From: an uncultured Methanospirillum sp.
GTDB lineage: Archaea > Halobacteriota > Methanomicrobia > Methanomicrobiales > Methanospirillaceae
Assembly: GCA_964637135.1 (NCBI GenBank)
Contig: CAZWTX010000001.1
Location: 1-64,000, forward strand
Length of the DNA stretch: 64,000 nucleotides
Reading direction: 5' to 3'
Positions 48,123-57,418 of this stretch are shown piece after piece; positions within the stretch are counted from its first letter, which is position 1; the number at the start of each line of letters is the position of its first letter. Below the pieces are notes generated by a model. That model ran no database searches and was not told the origin of the DNA. It worked only from the letters and a program-made list of their open reading frames with translations. The translations under genes and the position numbers were made by a program.

Positions 48123-48201
48123 GACAATCTCCTGAAATCATCATGGAGTATGACCTCAATATTTATTGAAATTGAGTATATACGTAACTCACGAACAACA
48201 G

Positions 48202-48891
48202 ATGAAGATCGGGATCGTGAGCGACGGGCAATATGGCGAGCGTGCATTTGAACAGATCCGGAAACGGTTCCCAACTGAGTGGATTCTTCTCCCGTTTCCC
48301 TCTTCTCCGGTCGTAGACGATATCGATCTCACCATTCCCTCCTGTGATCTTTACCTATCTTATCTCCGGCATCCTGATATCGCGATGGAACTAGTAAAAA
48401 CCGGTGTCCCGGTTCTTCTCGGGGTGAATCTCGGGCCGGGATTTCTTGCCCAGGCTCGTGAGTACAACCCAGCGGTGATAGGTCCGGAGACGATGTGTTC
48501 CCTCCTCCCGAATACCCCTTTCTGGCAGATCAACGAGTATGCAAAAGTTTTCGGCAGGCCGGTTTTCTATGTGATTCTGGACGGAGACCGGGTGGTCTGG
48601 TGTCACCCACTCCGTGGGTCTCCGTGCGGTTCAACAAAAGCAGCAGCCCGTGAGCTGAATGGGCAGAATTTCAACCAGGAAGCAATGAATCGGTTTGCTC
48701 TCTCAATCTGTCACAATTGCCGGGCTCCCCGGTTCGGAAGAACCTGTGATAAGGAGAAGGCCGGAATCATCCACCTGGAAGAACTACTTGTTGCAATGAA
48801 GAGGATTAATCCGGATCTGTGGGAGAGGAGAAGCAGTGATATCGAGCGTATCCGATGTTCGGTTGCATCAGAGCGTGATGAGGAAAAATAG
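48202..48891 (+). CDS. DUF166-like conserved archaeal protein
   Basis: GQYGER, HPD, MCSL, FGRP, SPCGST. Confidence 0.75.
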   Translation: MKIGIVSDGQYGERAFEQIRKRFPTEWILLPFPSSPVVDDIDLTIPSCDLYLSYLRHPDIAMELVKTGVPVLLGVNLGPGFLAQAREYNPAVIGPETMCSLLPNTPFWQINEYAKVFGRPVFYVILDGDRVVWCHPLRGSPCGSTKAAARELNGQNFNQEAMNRFALSICHNCRAPRFGRTCDKEKAGIIHLEELLVAMKRINPDLWERRSSDIERIRCSVASERDEEK

Positions 48892-48904
48892 AAGAATGGC
48901 AGAT

Positions 48905-49342
48905 TCAGTTCTCTATCCGGTGTTCCCAGGTGATATCTGCAACTTTCATGAATGATCCTGAGATTGGACAGAGGATTGTTACTGACTTTTCGATTGCAGC
49001 TGCGAGCATTGTATCTTCAATCGTTCCTTTTATTGAGAATATCAGGTGAATCTGTTCAAATAAACTTGGAGGTGTGAGCGACCGGGTTGCATCCACGGAT
49101 ACTGAAAGTGATTCAGGCTCGATTCCCTGTTTTGAGAGTAATGAAACGAGATTCATACTAATGCACCCTCCTAAGGAAGAGAGAAAGATCTCAATTGGGT
49201 TGAGAGTTGTCTGGGAGCAACAGGAGCTGCATCCGGGCTGTTGATTATTTCCGCCCATGGGGATCTTCCATCCGGCATTATTTTCGGCAACGAAGGTATT
49301 ACCATCATAGGTAATGTTCATGTTATTGGTAGGTTTTTGCAT
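48905..49342 (-). CDS. OsmC/YhfA family protein
   Basis: NPIEIFLSSLGGC..LCPIS; extra CSSCC segment. Confidence 0.85.
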   Translation of the reverse strand: MQKPTNNMNITYDGNTFVAENNAGWKIPMGGNNQQPGCSSCCSQTTLNPIEIFLSSLGGCISMNLVSLLSKQGIEPESLSVSVDATRSLTPPSLFEQIHLIFSIKGTIEDTMLAAAIEKSVTILCPISGSFMKVADITWEHRIEN

Positions 49343-49765
49343 TTTCTCGCTCCTTACATCGGAGAGTCATTATGAGACCAGGTCCAGAAATCGTGATAGA
49401 CTCTTCCTGGAGTACTTCTCTGATCAAAGTTTACGCAGATTATCATATGAAGGGGGGATGTCCATTTCAGAAAAAACTGAAATTTAATTTTTCGGATTAT
49501 GAAGATGGAAGCCATGAGTAGCCATTTCCCTATTCACACGGAATTACGTTGCAGAGGAGCTGATTATCGCGAGGAACAGAAAACGGGGGGAATGAGGAGG
49601 AGGCTACGCGACGAACAGGATCACCGGTCATCGTGAATGCTCACCTGCCCGTGATTTACATTGAGACGGATTCGGCTGCTCTGATTCTGAGCGGCCGACC
49701 CCGGAAAGACTGAACTGATAAGGAACACGTACCGTCGAATACGAATAATTTCAGGAAAATAAGAG

Positions 49766-49836
49766 TACCCCAGCCCGGAATCGAACCAGGATTCGCTGAT
49801 CTGCAGTCAGCCACATAGCCTCTCGGCCACGCTGAT
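49766..49836 (-). pseudogene. Degenerate tRNA-Cys(GCA) copy 1
   Basis: Anticodon arm GCTGA-CTGCAGA-TCAGC and T arm CCTGG-TTCGATT-CCGGG are intact; acceptor stem ATCAGCG/CTGGGGT has 3 mismatches. Confidence 0.75.
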
Positions 49837-49941
49837 CGAGCCAGGCATCCGCATATCATCCAGATATATGTAGAATCTGAGATGGTGGGGAGGTTATGGG
49901 GGATCCGGTTCTCACCCAAAAGTCATCTCCGCTTGATCTGT

Positions 49942-51435
49942 TTAAATCCGTGTAAAGGTGCCGAACTCATCGGATGTAAAACCATTTACAGAACCCAAAG
50001 GAGTCGCAGTAAAGGTAAGATATCCGACGAGATCATCCGGATTCGGGAAAGAGAGATACCAGGTATTATTCGTCCAATGCGTCAGATTCCCTTCGTAGCC
50101 ATTCGGACCAAGTCTGATGATCATATTTTCTGCATCCAATCCATCTTCTATCTCCATGCTGCCATACAGATCGCTCTTGAATGATCCTGCAATGGCAGAT
50201 GGTTTGATTGTCGCAGGTTCAGGATTTTCAGGGCGGTCAGGATTTTTAATAAGGGAATTCCATCCTGCTTGTGATGCTATTTCCTGAGCCTGAAGATCCA
50301 CTTCACTTTTCCCGATGTACCGTTCAAGAAACTCATCCCTGACAGCCTCCGGGAACGCAGTCAGCTGTTTGTTGGCAATGACCACAAGACCACTGTTCTT
50401 TCCAGGTATGAGGATAACAATCGAACGAACACCGTCTAGTGCTCCGTTCTTCTCAATGACACGTTCACCGAGGAAATAATACGAGTCGCAACCAAGGCCG
50501 ACCGCCCCGTTTGGATCTTTCAGTGGTCCACTCGGTCCGGCGACAAAACTTGCTGCATGAATATCATTTACCGTTTTTTGTGTGAGGATCTGTGTACCAT
50601 CTATTGTCCCCCCGTTCAACATCATTCGCAAAAATTGCGTCATATCCCTGCCGGTTGATACGATCTGACCAGCAGCGGGGAGTGAAGCCTCCTCTAACGG
50701 GATAATATGAACACTTCCGGAAGTCCCTCCATGGCCGGCGATATGGTTCTGGTCTAGATACAGTGTTTCAGGATTGGCTCCTGATCTGGTCATCCCAAGT
50801 GGTTTGATAATTCGTGCATCGGTTAGGTTTTCCCAGCTCTGGTTGTCGGCTTTTGCCGCTACTTCTCCTGCAATGAAATATCCCGCATTTGAATAGAGAT
50901 ACCGTTCCCGGAAACCTGCATCAGATTCAAGGTATCTCATGCGGTACAATATTTCCTCAGGGGAATACCCGATTCTTCCAAGTAACTCACCGTCACGTCT
51001 GAGGCCGGTCCGATGAGCAAGCATATCACGAAGATTCGAATGGTTACCGACGTATGAATCTTTCAATGTAAAACCTGGCAGATAGGTGGAAACCGGTGTG
51101 TCCCAGTTCAGTTTTCCTTCATCCACCAAAGTACCGATAGCAGCCCCGGTGAAATACTTGGTCACCGATGCGATCTGAAACCGGGTATCCGGATCAACTT
51201 TCTCAGGGTTCCCCAGTTCCCGAACACCGAACCCCTTCAGAAATACGACTGAATCGTTCTCTACGATACCTACTACAGCACCCGGGACCTCATAATCAAC
51301 CATCTTCTGACTGAAAAAAGTATCAAATCCATCAAGTTTGTCAGCCTCCTGGTGGATATCTGCATACCCAAAACAGACAAAGATGGCAGATATAAAACAG
51401 ATTGCAAAAAAAAGGCGTCGGAAAGTATTCTGCAT
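49942..51435 (-). CDS. Secreted serine hydrolase (beta-lactamase/AmpC-like family)
   Basis: Signal peptide; FQIASVTK (SxxK), YSN, LAHRTG. Confidence 0.9.
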   Translation of the reverse strand: MQNTFRRLFFAICFISAIFVCFGYADIHQEADKLDGFDTFFSQKMVDYEVPGAVVGIVENDSVVFLKGFGVRELGNPEKVDPDTRFQIASVTKYFTGAAIGTLVDEGKLNWDTPVSTYLPGFTLKDSYVGNHSNLRDMLAHRTGLRRDGELLGRIGYSPEEILYRMRYLESDAGFRERYLYSNAGYFIAGEVAAKADNQSWENLTDARIIKPLGMTRSGANPETLYLDQNHIAGHGGTSGSVHIIPLEEASLPAAGQIVSTGRDMTQFLRMMLNGGTIDGTQILTQKTVNDIHAASFVAGPSGPLKDPNGAVGLGCDSYYFLGERVIEKNGALDGVRSIVILIPGKNSGLVVIANKQLTAFPEAVRDEFLERYIGKSEVDLQAQEIASQAGWNSLIKNPDRPENPEPATIKPSAIAGSFKSDLYGSMEIEDGLDAENMIIRLGPNGYEGNLTHWTNNTWYLSFPNPDDLVGYLTFTATPLGSVNGFTSDEFGTFTRI

Positions 51436-51520
51436 GAAATGGAATTAGTGTACAGGTAAAAAAAAATTCTTATTTTATTTGGCACGTATGAAGGAAAAAC
51501 CTGCAATCTGAAAGGAGTTT

Positions 51521-51591
51521 AGCCAGCATCTGAAGTCGAACCGGGCTTCGCTGATCTGCAGTCAGCCACACAGTTTCTCTGAAAAGCTGGC
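51521..51591 (-). pseudogene. Degenerate tRNA-Cys(GCA) copy 2
   Basis: Acceptor GCCAGC/GCTGGC with U73 and the same anticodon arm as copy 1; D and T stems are disrupted. Confidence 0.72.
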
Positions 51592-51807
51592 ATGGCACTG
51601 TCTATGCTGAACCAGTTGTCACCTCCGGAGACGATAATAGAGAAGAATCCGGTACGATCTTCCTCATTCCATTCTGCGTTGATGTATTGGATCCGGCATT
51701 CATTGCCGGTATCCGGTCTCTGATGAACTCGGCTCTCCTATCTGCACGTATCACCCGGCAGGTCATCCGAATCTTTTGGGACCCTGCCGGAATCCAGATA
51801 TGATACC

Positions 51808-52800
51808 ATGACCGGAAATCTAACCGCAGAACGAAAAGCTGAGCTCATCAGCATCGGCACCGTAACCGTTGACAAGGATCTGAAACTCCCTGAGTATATC
51901 GCCCGCTCGACCGCCGGCCCCGGCGCCGGAGGACAGTCGGTCTTCTTCGCTGCAGACAACCGGAGGGTCAGGCTCTCTATCCGGGATGAAAGCCGTCTTC
52001 ATATGAAGACGGACGGAGATCAGGTGATCCTTGAGAAGGACGGTATCGGGATTGCCAGGGGCGTTATCGAATCGGCACCGGCCCATTGTCCCCGGCAGGC
52101 ATACATCACCGTTTCAGAGCGATGTTGTTTCCACTGTGCCTTCTGCCCGGTTCATAGCCTGCAGGGACCGGTGAAGAGCAAGCAGGAGATTACCGCTCTT
52201 ATCGATCAGGTGCTGGTCACCGGGGATCTTCACGCGATCTCGCTCACGAGCGGGGTTGAGATCTCCCCCGAAGCAGAATGTGCTCGGATGGCCGGTCTTG
52301 TCAGGGAACTGCGCCCGGAGTACCGGGTTCCGGTCGGTGTCTCAGTCTATCCGACACCGGATAGTTCTGACGTGCTCCACGAGGCAGGAGCAGTCGAGGT
52401 CAAGTACAACCTGGAGACGACGGACCCTGAGATCTTTGCAAGGGTCTGTCCTGAACTGAACCAGGATGAGATCCGTGAGGCCCTCTCCGGGGCCGTGGAT
52501 ATCTTCGGGCCGGATCATGTCAGCTCCAACATCATCATCGGTCTTGGGGAGACGGACGGGAATGTCCTCTCCGGGGCAGAAGACCTGGCAGTTCTCGGAG
52601 TTATTCCGAACTTCCGTCCGGTGGTGCTCAGCCCCCGGGTCTCCCTTCCGGGAGCGGTCCGGCCTTCTGCAGAGAGACTGGTGACCCTTGGTCTCGCACT
52701 TAAGGATATCCTCTCTGATTACGGGCTTGATCCCCGCAATGCCCGGACAATGTGCCTGCCCTGCACCGGATGCGACATCGTTCCATTCCGGGATCTCTGA
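51808..52800 (+). CDS. Radical SAM protein (biotin-synthase-related methanogen family)
   Basis: STAGPGAG, HCPRQAY, CCFHCAFC, C-terminal CLPCTGCD. Confidence 0.85.
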   Translation: MTGNLTAERKAELISIGTVTVDKDLKLPEYIARSTAGPGAGGQSVFFAADNRRVRLSIRDESRLHMKTDGDQVILEKDGIGIARGVIESAPAHCPRQAYITVSERCCFHCAFCPVHSLQGPVKSKQEITALIDQVLVTGDLHAISLTSGVEISPEAECARMAGLVRELRPEYRVPVGVSVYPTPDSSDVLHEAGAVEVKYNLETTDPEIFARVCPELNQDEIREALSGAVDIFGPDHVSSNIIIGLGETDGNVLSGAEDLAVLGVIPNFRPVVLSPRVSLPGAVRPSAERLVTLGLALKDILSDYGLDPRNARTMCLPCTGCDIVPFRDL

Positions 52801-52876
52801 TTCTGTTCCCGGAGAGGATCATATCCTCTTTTCCAGCGACGTATTCCGGGCCGGTTGCAAGGATAAAAAAAAGGAA

Positions 52877-53827
52877 TTATGAAATCTGATCAAAGACACC
52901 GGTCGAGAGGTATCGCTCCCCGGTGTCAGGAAGGATGGCAATGATCAGCTTTCCGGCATTCTCCGGACGTGATGCAACCTGAAGAGCTGCAGCAACCGCT
53001 GCACCCGAAGAAATTCCCGCCAGGATTCCTTCCTCCCGGGCGAGCCTGCGGGCCATATCAAACGCCTCCTCATTTGTTATCCGGATCACTTCATCGAGCA
53101 GATCGGTCCGGAGGACATCAGGGATAAAACCCGGACTGATCCCCTGGATCTTATGAGGTCCCGGCTTTCCCCCCGAGATTACCGGAGAATCGGCCGCTTC
53201 GACAGCTATTGCCTTAAAAGATGGTCGTCTCTTCTTGAGAACCGTGGCGATCCCGGTGATCGTTCCTCCGGTACCGGCTCCGGCGACGACGATATCCGCG
53301 AGTCCGTCGGTATCATGCCATATCTCCTCGGCAGTGGTATGCATATGGATCTCAGGATTTGCCGGGTTCTTGAACTGTTGGGGAATCAGAAAAGTATCCG
53401 GATTTTCCCGGTGGATCTCCTCTGCCTTTCTTAGCGCTCCTGACATTCCTTCTGATGCAGGGGTGAGGATGAGCTCAGCACCAAGGGCTGAAAGGAGTTG
53501 CCTCCGTTCAATGCTGAATGACTCCGGCATGGTCAGAACCAGCCGGTACCCTTTTGCAGCGGAAACAAATGCAAGTGCAATTCCGGTGTTCCCGCTCGTG
53601 GGTTCGATGATGGTCGTTCCCTGCCTGATGAGTCCATCGCGTTCGGCAGCTTCTATCAGGGCAACTCCTATCCGGTCTTTTACACTCCCAAGGGGATTTC
53701 TCGACTCCTGTTTCACCACAATGGTCGGCGGAAAGGTCTGGGTCTGCAGCCCACTGGTAATCCTGTTCAGTCTGATAAGGGGAGTATTCCCGATCGTCTT
53801 GGTAATGTCATTGTAAATACGTGGCAT
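52877..53827 (-). CDS. cysK: Cysteine synthase A (paralog 2)
   Basis: [18 protein letters not shown], canonical [17 protein letters not shown]. Confidence 0.95.
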   Translation of the reverse strand: MPRIYNDITKTIGNTPLIRLNRITSGLQTQTFPPTIVVKQESRNPLGSVKDRIGVALIEAAERDGLIRQGTTIIEPTSGNTGIALAFVSAAKGYRLVLTMPESFSIERRQLLSALGAELILTPASEGMSGALRKAEEIHRENPDTFLIPQQFKNPANPEIHMHTTAEEIWHDTDGLADIVVAGAGTGGTITGIATVLKKRRPSFKAIAVEAADSPVISGGKPGPHKIQGISPGFIPDVLRTDLLDEVIRITNEEAFDMARRLAREEGILAGISSGAAVAAALQVASRPENAGKLIIAILPDTGERYLSTGVFDQIS

Positions 53828-53845
53828 ATCTGTCAGCACCTTTTT

Positions 53846-53859
53846 TTCACAATTGTGAT
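53846..53859. promoter_or_regulatory. Operator-like site TTCACAATTGTGAT upstream of cysK paralog 2
   Basis: 13/14 match, about 19 bp from the start codon. Confidence 0.8.
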
Positions 53860-54136
53860 AGTGGTGATTATTGGATACCCTATCTAATAGGACTGCAGGT
53901 AGAGGCAATTATGGCAGGATATCCCGATCCAAAGAGAAATCTTGAGGCATCTATATCCTCATTCTCACTCATTATGTAGAGGAAGATCATACGTGTGTAT
54001 CACTTCGGTATACCCTGGTCCTGAATGTCTGGAATTCTGCGAAAAATAGATCATATATCCAGACCGGCATTCATCCCTTATTGAGGGAATGAGTCTGCAT
54101 GACGGGATATCCGGATTTTTATCCGATATGAATCGT

Positions 54137-54209
54137 GCCGGTGTGGCAGAGCGGCTAATGCGTTCGCCTGCAAAGCGAATTTCTGGGGGTTCAACTCCCT
54201 CCGCCGGCG
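54137..54209 (+). tRNA. tRNA-Cys(GCA), A37, apparent G73
   Basis: Full cloverleaf: GCCGGTG/CGCCGGC acceptor, TTCGC-CTGCAAA-GCGAA anticodon arm, GGGGG-TTCAACT-CCCTC T arm. Confidence 0.92.
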
Positions 54210-54231
54210 TAACCCACGATAAGGAGTTTTT

Positions 54232-55500
54232 TTGGTGGAACTATACAGTACATTGTCACGGACGGTTCAGCCTGTGGTTACGGTATCCCCCGGTCGTATC
54301 TCAATGTTTGTCTGTGGTCCCACGGTGTATGACTACGCTCATCTTGGCCATGCACGGACGTATGTTGTCTTTGATGTTCTTGCCAAATTCCTCCGGTTCA
54401 CCGGACTTGAGGTGTTCTACCTCCAGAACATTACCGACGTCGATGATAAGATCATCAACCGGGCAGAGGCTGACGGGGTATCCCAGCCGGTCCTGGCACG
54501 GACGTTTGAATTAGCGTACCTGGCAGATATGCAGTCTCTCGGGATTGATGCCGTGAGTTACTATGCACGGGCCACGACGCATATCCCTGAGATTGTCAAC
54601 CAGATCGAGCGGCTCGTTGCCAAAAAATCTGCGTATGTCACGGAATCAGGGGTCTACTTTGATCTTGATACCTATCCCCGGAACGGGGAACTCTCCGGGC
54701 AGAAGCGTGATAAAAGAGTCAGCCGGGTGACTGATACGACCAAACATAATCCCCAGGATTTTGCCCTCTGGAAGTTCGGGGAGTTTGGTGAGTATACCTG
54801 GGACTCACCCTGGGGCCGGGGCCGTCCTGGCTGGCATATCGAAGATACCGCGATCACGGAGAAGTACTTCGGGCAGCAGTACGATCTCCACGGAGGCGGA
54901 CTTGATCTCATCTTCCCTCATCATGAAGCCGAGATCGCCCAGATGGAATCGCTTGAAGGAAAGTACCCGATGGTGCGGTACTGGGTGCATACCGGATTCC
55001 TTACCATGGAAGGCGAGAAGATGTCAAAATCTCTCGGAAACTTTATTACCATCAGAAAGGCACTCTCCACCTGGAACAAAGATGTTCTCCGCTTTTTTAT
55101 CCTTCTCTCCCATTACCGCTCTCCCCTGCAGGCTTCGGATGAGGGGATTGAACGTGCACGGCAGGCCCTTGAACATATCCGGGCCATTGCCACGAAAGAC
55201 AACGGGGAGAACCCGGAGGGGAGGAGAGCATTCATCGAGGCCATGGAGGCTGACCTGAACACCCCGATGGCCCTGGCTGCCATTCAGAAGCTGGCATCCA
55301 GCGGGGATATCGAAGCACTCAGGATGTACGGCGAGATCCTCGGGATCACCTTCCTGCGTGAGGAATCGGTTCCGATCACGATCCTCCAGGATATCCGGGC
55401 AGAACTTCGTGCACGGCGAGCCTTCGATCTCGCTGATACCATCCGTGACCGGATGGTTTCTGCCGGAATCACCATCACGGATCCCCCATTAAAAAAATAA
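54232..55500 (+). CDS. cysS: Cysteine--tRNA ligase
   Basis: CGPTVYD..HLGH, NITDVDDK, GRPGWHIE, FPHHE, KMSKS, ADTIRD; RBS AAGGAG; 22 bp after the tRNA. Confidence 0.95.
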   Translation: MVELYSTLSRTVQPVVTVSPGRISMFVCGPTVYDYAHLGHARTYVVFDVLAKFLRFTGLEVFYLQNITDVDDKIINRAEADGVSQPVLARTFELAYLADMQSLGIDAVSYYARATTHIPEIVNQIERLVAKKSAYVTESGVYFDLDTYPRNGELSGQKRDKRVSRVTDTTKHNPQDFALWKFGEFGEYTWDSPWGRGRPGWHIEDTAITEKYFGQQYDLHGGGLDLIFPHHEAEIAQMESLEGKYPMVRYWVHTGFLTMEGEKMSKSLGNFITIRKALSTWNKDVLRFFILLSHYRSPLQASDEGIERARQALEHIRAIATKDNGENPEGRRAFIEAMEADLNTPMALAAIQKLASSGDIEALRMYGEILGITFLREESVPITILQDIRAELRARRAFDLADTIRDRMVSAGITITDPPLKK

Positions 55501-55787
55501 CATCTGTTCATCATGCTCTTGTCTGTCTATACCGTTCCATTGAATGTGTACCATTCAGACAACACCGTGTTCTGGTTGATCTGATGATCTGACCAGAAAA
55601 AGACAACAGACATCTGTCTTGTTCTGACTGCATCGACGGGGATATCATCAGCCAGCGAAACTATCTCAAATCTCCGAAACAATTCTTACCCCCCGGGACA
55701 ATATTCTGATTGGGAGATATCATTACTATTCAGGTTTTTCGGGAGAATACACTCCCATCCGGGACATTCAGGACATTCCACCGGAAT

Positions 55788-56708
55788 ATGGCCGGACTGC
55801 TGTATTATCTTCCGATTGTTATCCTGATCCTTCTTCTTATCAATCCGGTATCAGGAACAGGAGAACAACCAGCCCCGGAATATGCTGAAATTACAATATA
55901 TCTCATTGATTTTAACAATTTGGATATTGTTACCGGAACTGTTGAGGTTGATTGTTACCTGGTACTCAAATCCAGTGAAAATATCTCCCTGAATAACCTG
56001 GAATTGATGAATGGTATGATTACTTCCTCCATCCAGTTTCAGGATTCACCAACTGAAAAAGAGTACCGGATCAAAGCCACTCTTGCGGTTGTACCAAATC
56101 TCATCCGGTATCCGTTTGATTCGCATATAATCCCGATTAAACTGGAACCGAAACTGAAGGATTCACGGGAGATGCTCATAGTAACAAATGAATCAGCGAA
56201 CGGAATCGGCCCTGATGCAGATCTTCCCGGATGGGAGATAACGAGATCCTGGAGTGAAACTACTTCAATGACATATAGGCCCGGAGAAATCCCGTTTTCT
56301 CGGATCATCTTTAACTATGAAGTCAGGCGGGATACCACATCAACGATCCTGAAGTTTTTCCTGCCGGTGATCCTTATCGTCATCATCTCACTTTCATCGC
56401 TTTTCCTGAAATTTTCTTCCCGGCTGGCTTTGAATGCCTCCATGTTCCTGTCGGTAGTAATGATTCACTGGCGGATTGCCGGGACCATTCCGGTTGTTAC
56501 ATATGCAATGTTTCTCGACCTGTTCATGATCATCACATACGGAACGCTGGGGATGGTCTTGATCAGCGGGATATTCGCCCTCAATTCCATCGAGTCAGAG
56601 GATACAAAAAAGGCTGAGCTGATCCAAACCTGGTCATTGCGGCTGATCCCCACGGTATCAATCGCCCTGTATCTTGTGCTGATAGCGGCTTTTTTCCTCG
56701 AACGGTAG
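55788..56708 (+). CDS. Prokaryotic pentameric ligand-gated ion channel homolog (GLIC/ELIC-like)
   Basis: Signal peptide; beta-rich ectodomain with YPFD Pro-loop and LPGWEI; pre-M1 RR; M1 proline (FFLP); 4 TM. Confidence 0.8.
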   Translation: MAGLLYYLPIVILILLLINPVSGTGEQPAPEYAEITIYLIDFNNLDIVTGTVEVDCYLVLKSSENISLNNLELMNGMITSSIQFQDSPTEKEYRIKATLAVVPNLIRYPFDSHIIPIKLEPKLKDSREMLIVTNESANGIGPDADLPGWEITRSWSETTSMTYRPGEIPFSRIIFNYEVRRDTTSTILKFFLPVILIVIISLSSLFLKFSSRLALNASMFLSVVMIHWRIAGTIPVVTYAMFLDLFMIITYGTLGMVLISGIFALNSIESEDTKKAELIQTWSLRLIPTVSIALYLVLIAAFFLER

Positions 56709-56721
56709 GGGAAAAATAGAA

Positions 56722-56747
56722 CCGGATAGTATCGCAATACTATCCGG
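56722..56747. terminator. Perfect 11-bp hairpin between convergent genes
   Basis: CCGGATAGTAT-CGCA-ATACTATCCGG. Confidence 0.55.
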
Positions 56748-56755
56748 ATAAAAAG

Positions 56756-57418
56756 TCAGCCCTGGATCTCCCCATCCCTGAGCCGAATAACCCGGTGAGC
56801 CCGTCCGGCGAGTTCGGTATTGTGGGTGACGATGATCATCGTATACCCGTTCGCGATAAGTTGTTCAAAGACCTCGTACACCTGTTCTGCGGTAGCCGAG
56901 TCGAGGTTTCCGGTCGGCTCATCGGCAAGGATGATCTTCGGATCATTGATCAGGGCCCGGCCGATGGCAACCCGCTGCATCTCGCCGCCGGAGAGTTCGT
57001 GCGGGAGATGATCGGCCCGGTGGGAGAGCCCGACCATCCCGAGGATCTCCTCGGCCCGGCCGGAACTGACGCTCTTTTTGCTGAATGTCAGGGGAAGGAG
57101 AATGTTCTCGCGTGCAGATAATGTCGGGATCAGGGAGAACTGCTGGAAGATGAATCCTATCGCCTCCCGTCTGATAACCACCCGCTCTGACTCGGCACGT
57201 CCGGTGACGTCTGTCCCATTGATGAGGAGCTTCCCGCCGGAGGCAGTGTCCAGGCAGCCGAGCAGGTTGAGGAGAGCAGTCTTTCCGGATCCGGACGGAC
57301 CGACGATGGAGATATACTCTCCGGCCTGGACGGTGAGGCTGACTCCCCGGAGGGCATGTACCTCTTCGGCACCGCGGCTGTAGATCTTCGTAAGACCGGA
57401 TGCTTCGATGACGTTCAT
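56756..57418 (-). CDS. ABC transporter ATP-binding protein (LolD/MacB-like)
   Basis: GPSGSGKT, LSGGEMQRVAIGRAL, ADEPTGNLD. Confidence 0.93.
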   Translation of the reverse strand: MNVIEASGLTKIYSRGAEEVHALRGVSLTVQAGEYISIVGPSGSGKTALLNLLGCLDTASGGKLLINGTDVTGRAESERVVIRREAIGFIFQQFSLIPTLSARENILLPLTFSKKSVSSGRAEEILGMVGLSHRADHLPHELSGGEMQRVAIGRALINDPKIILADEPTGNLDSATAEQVYEVFEQLIANGYTMIIVTHNTELAGRAHRVIRLRDGEIQG

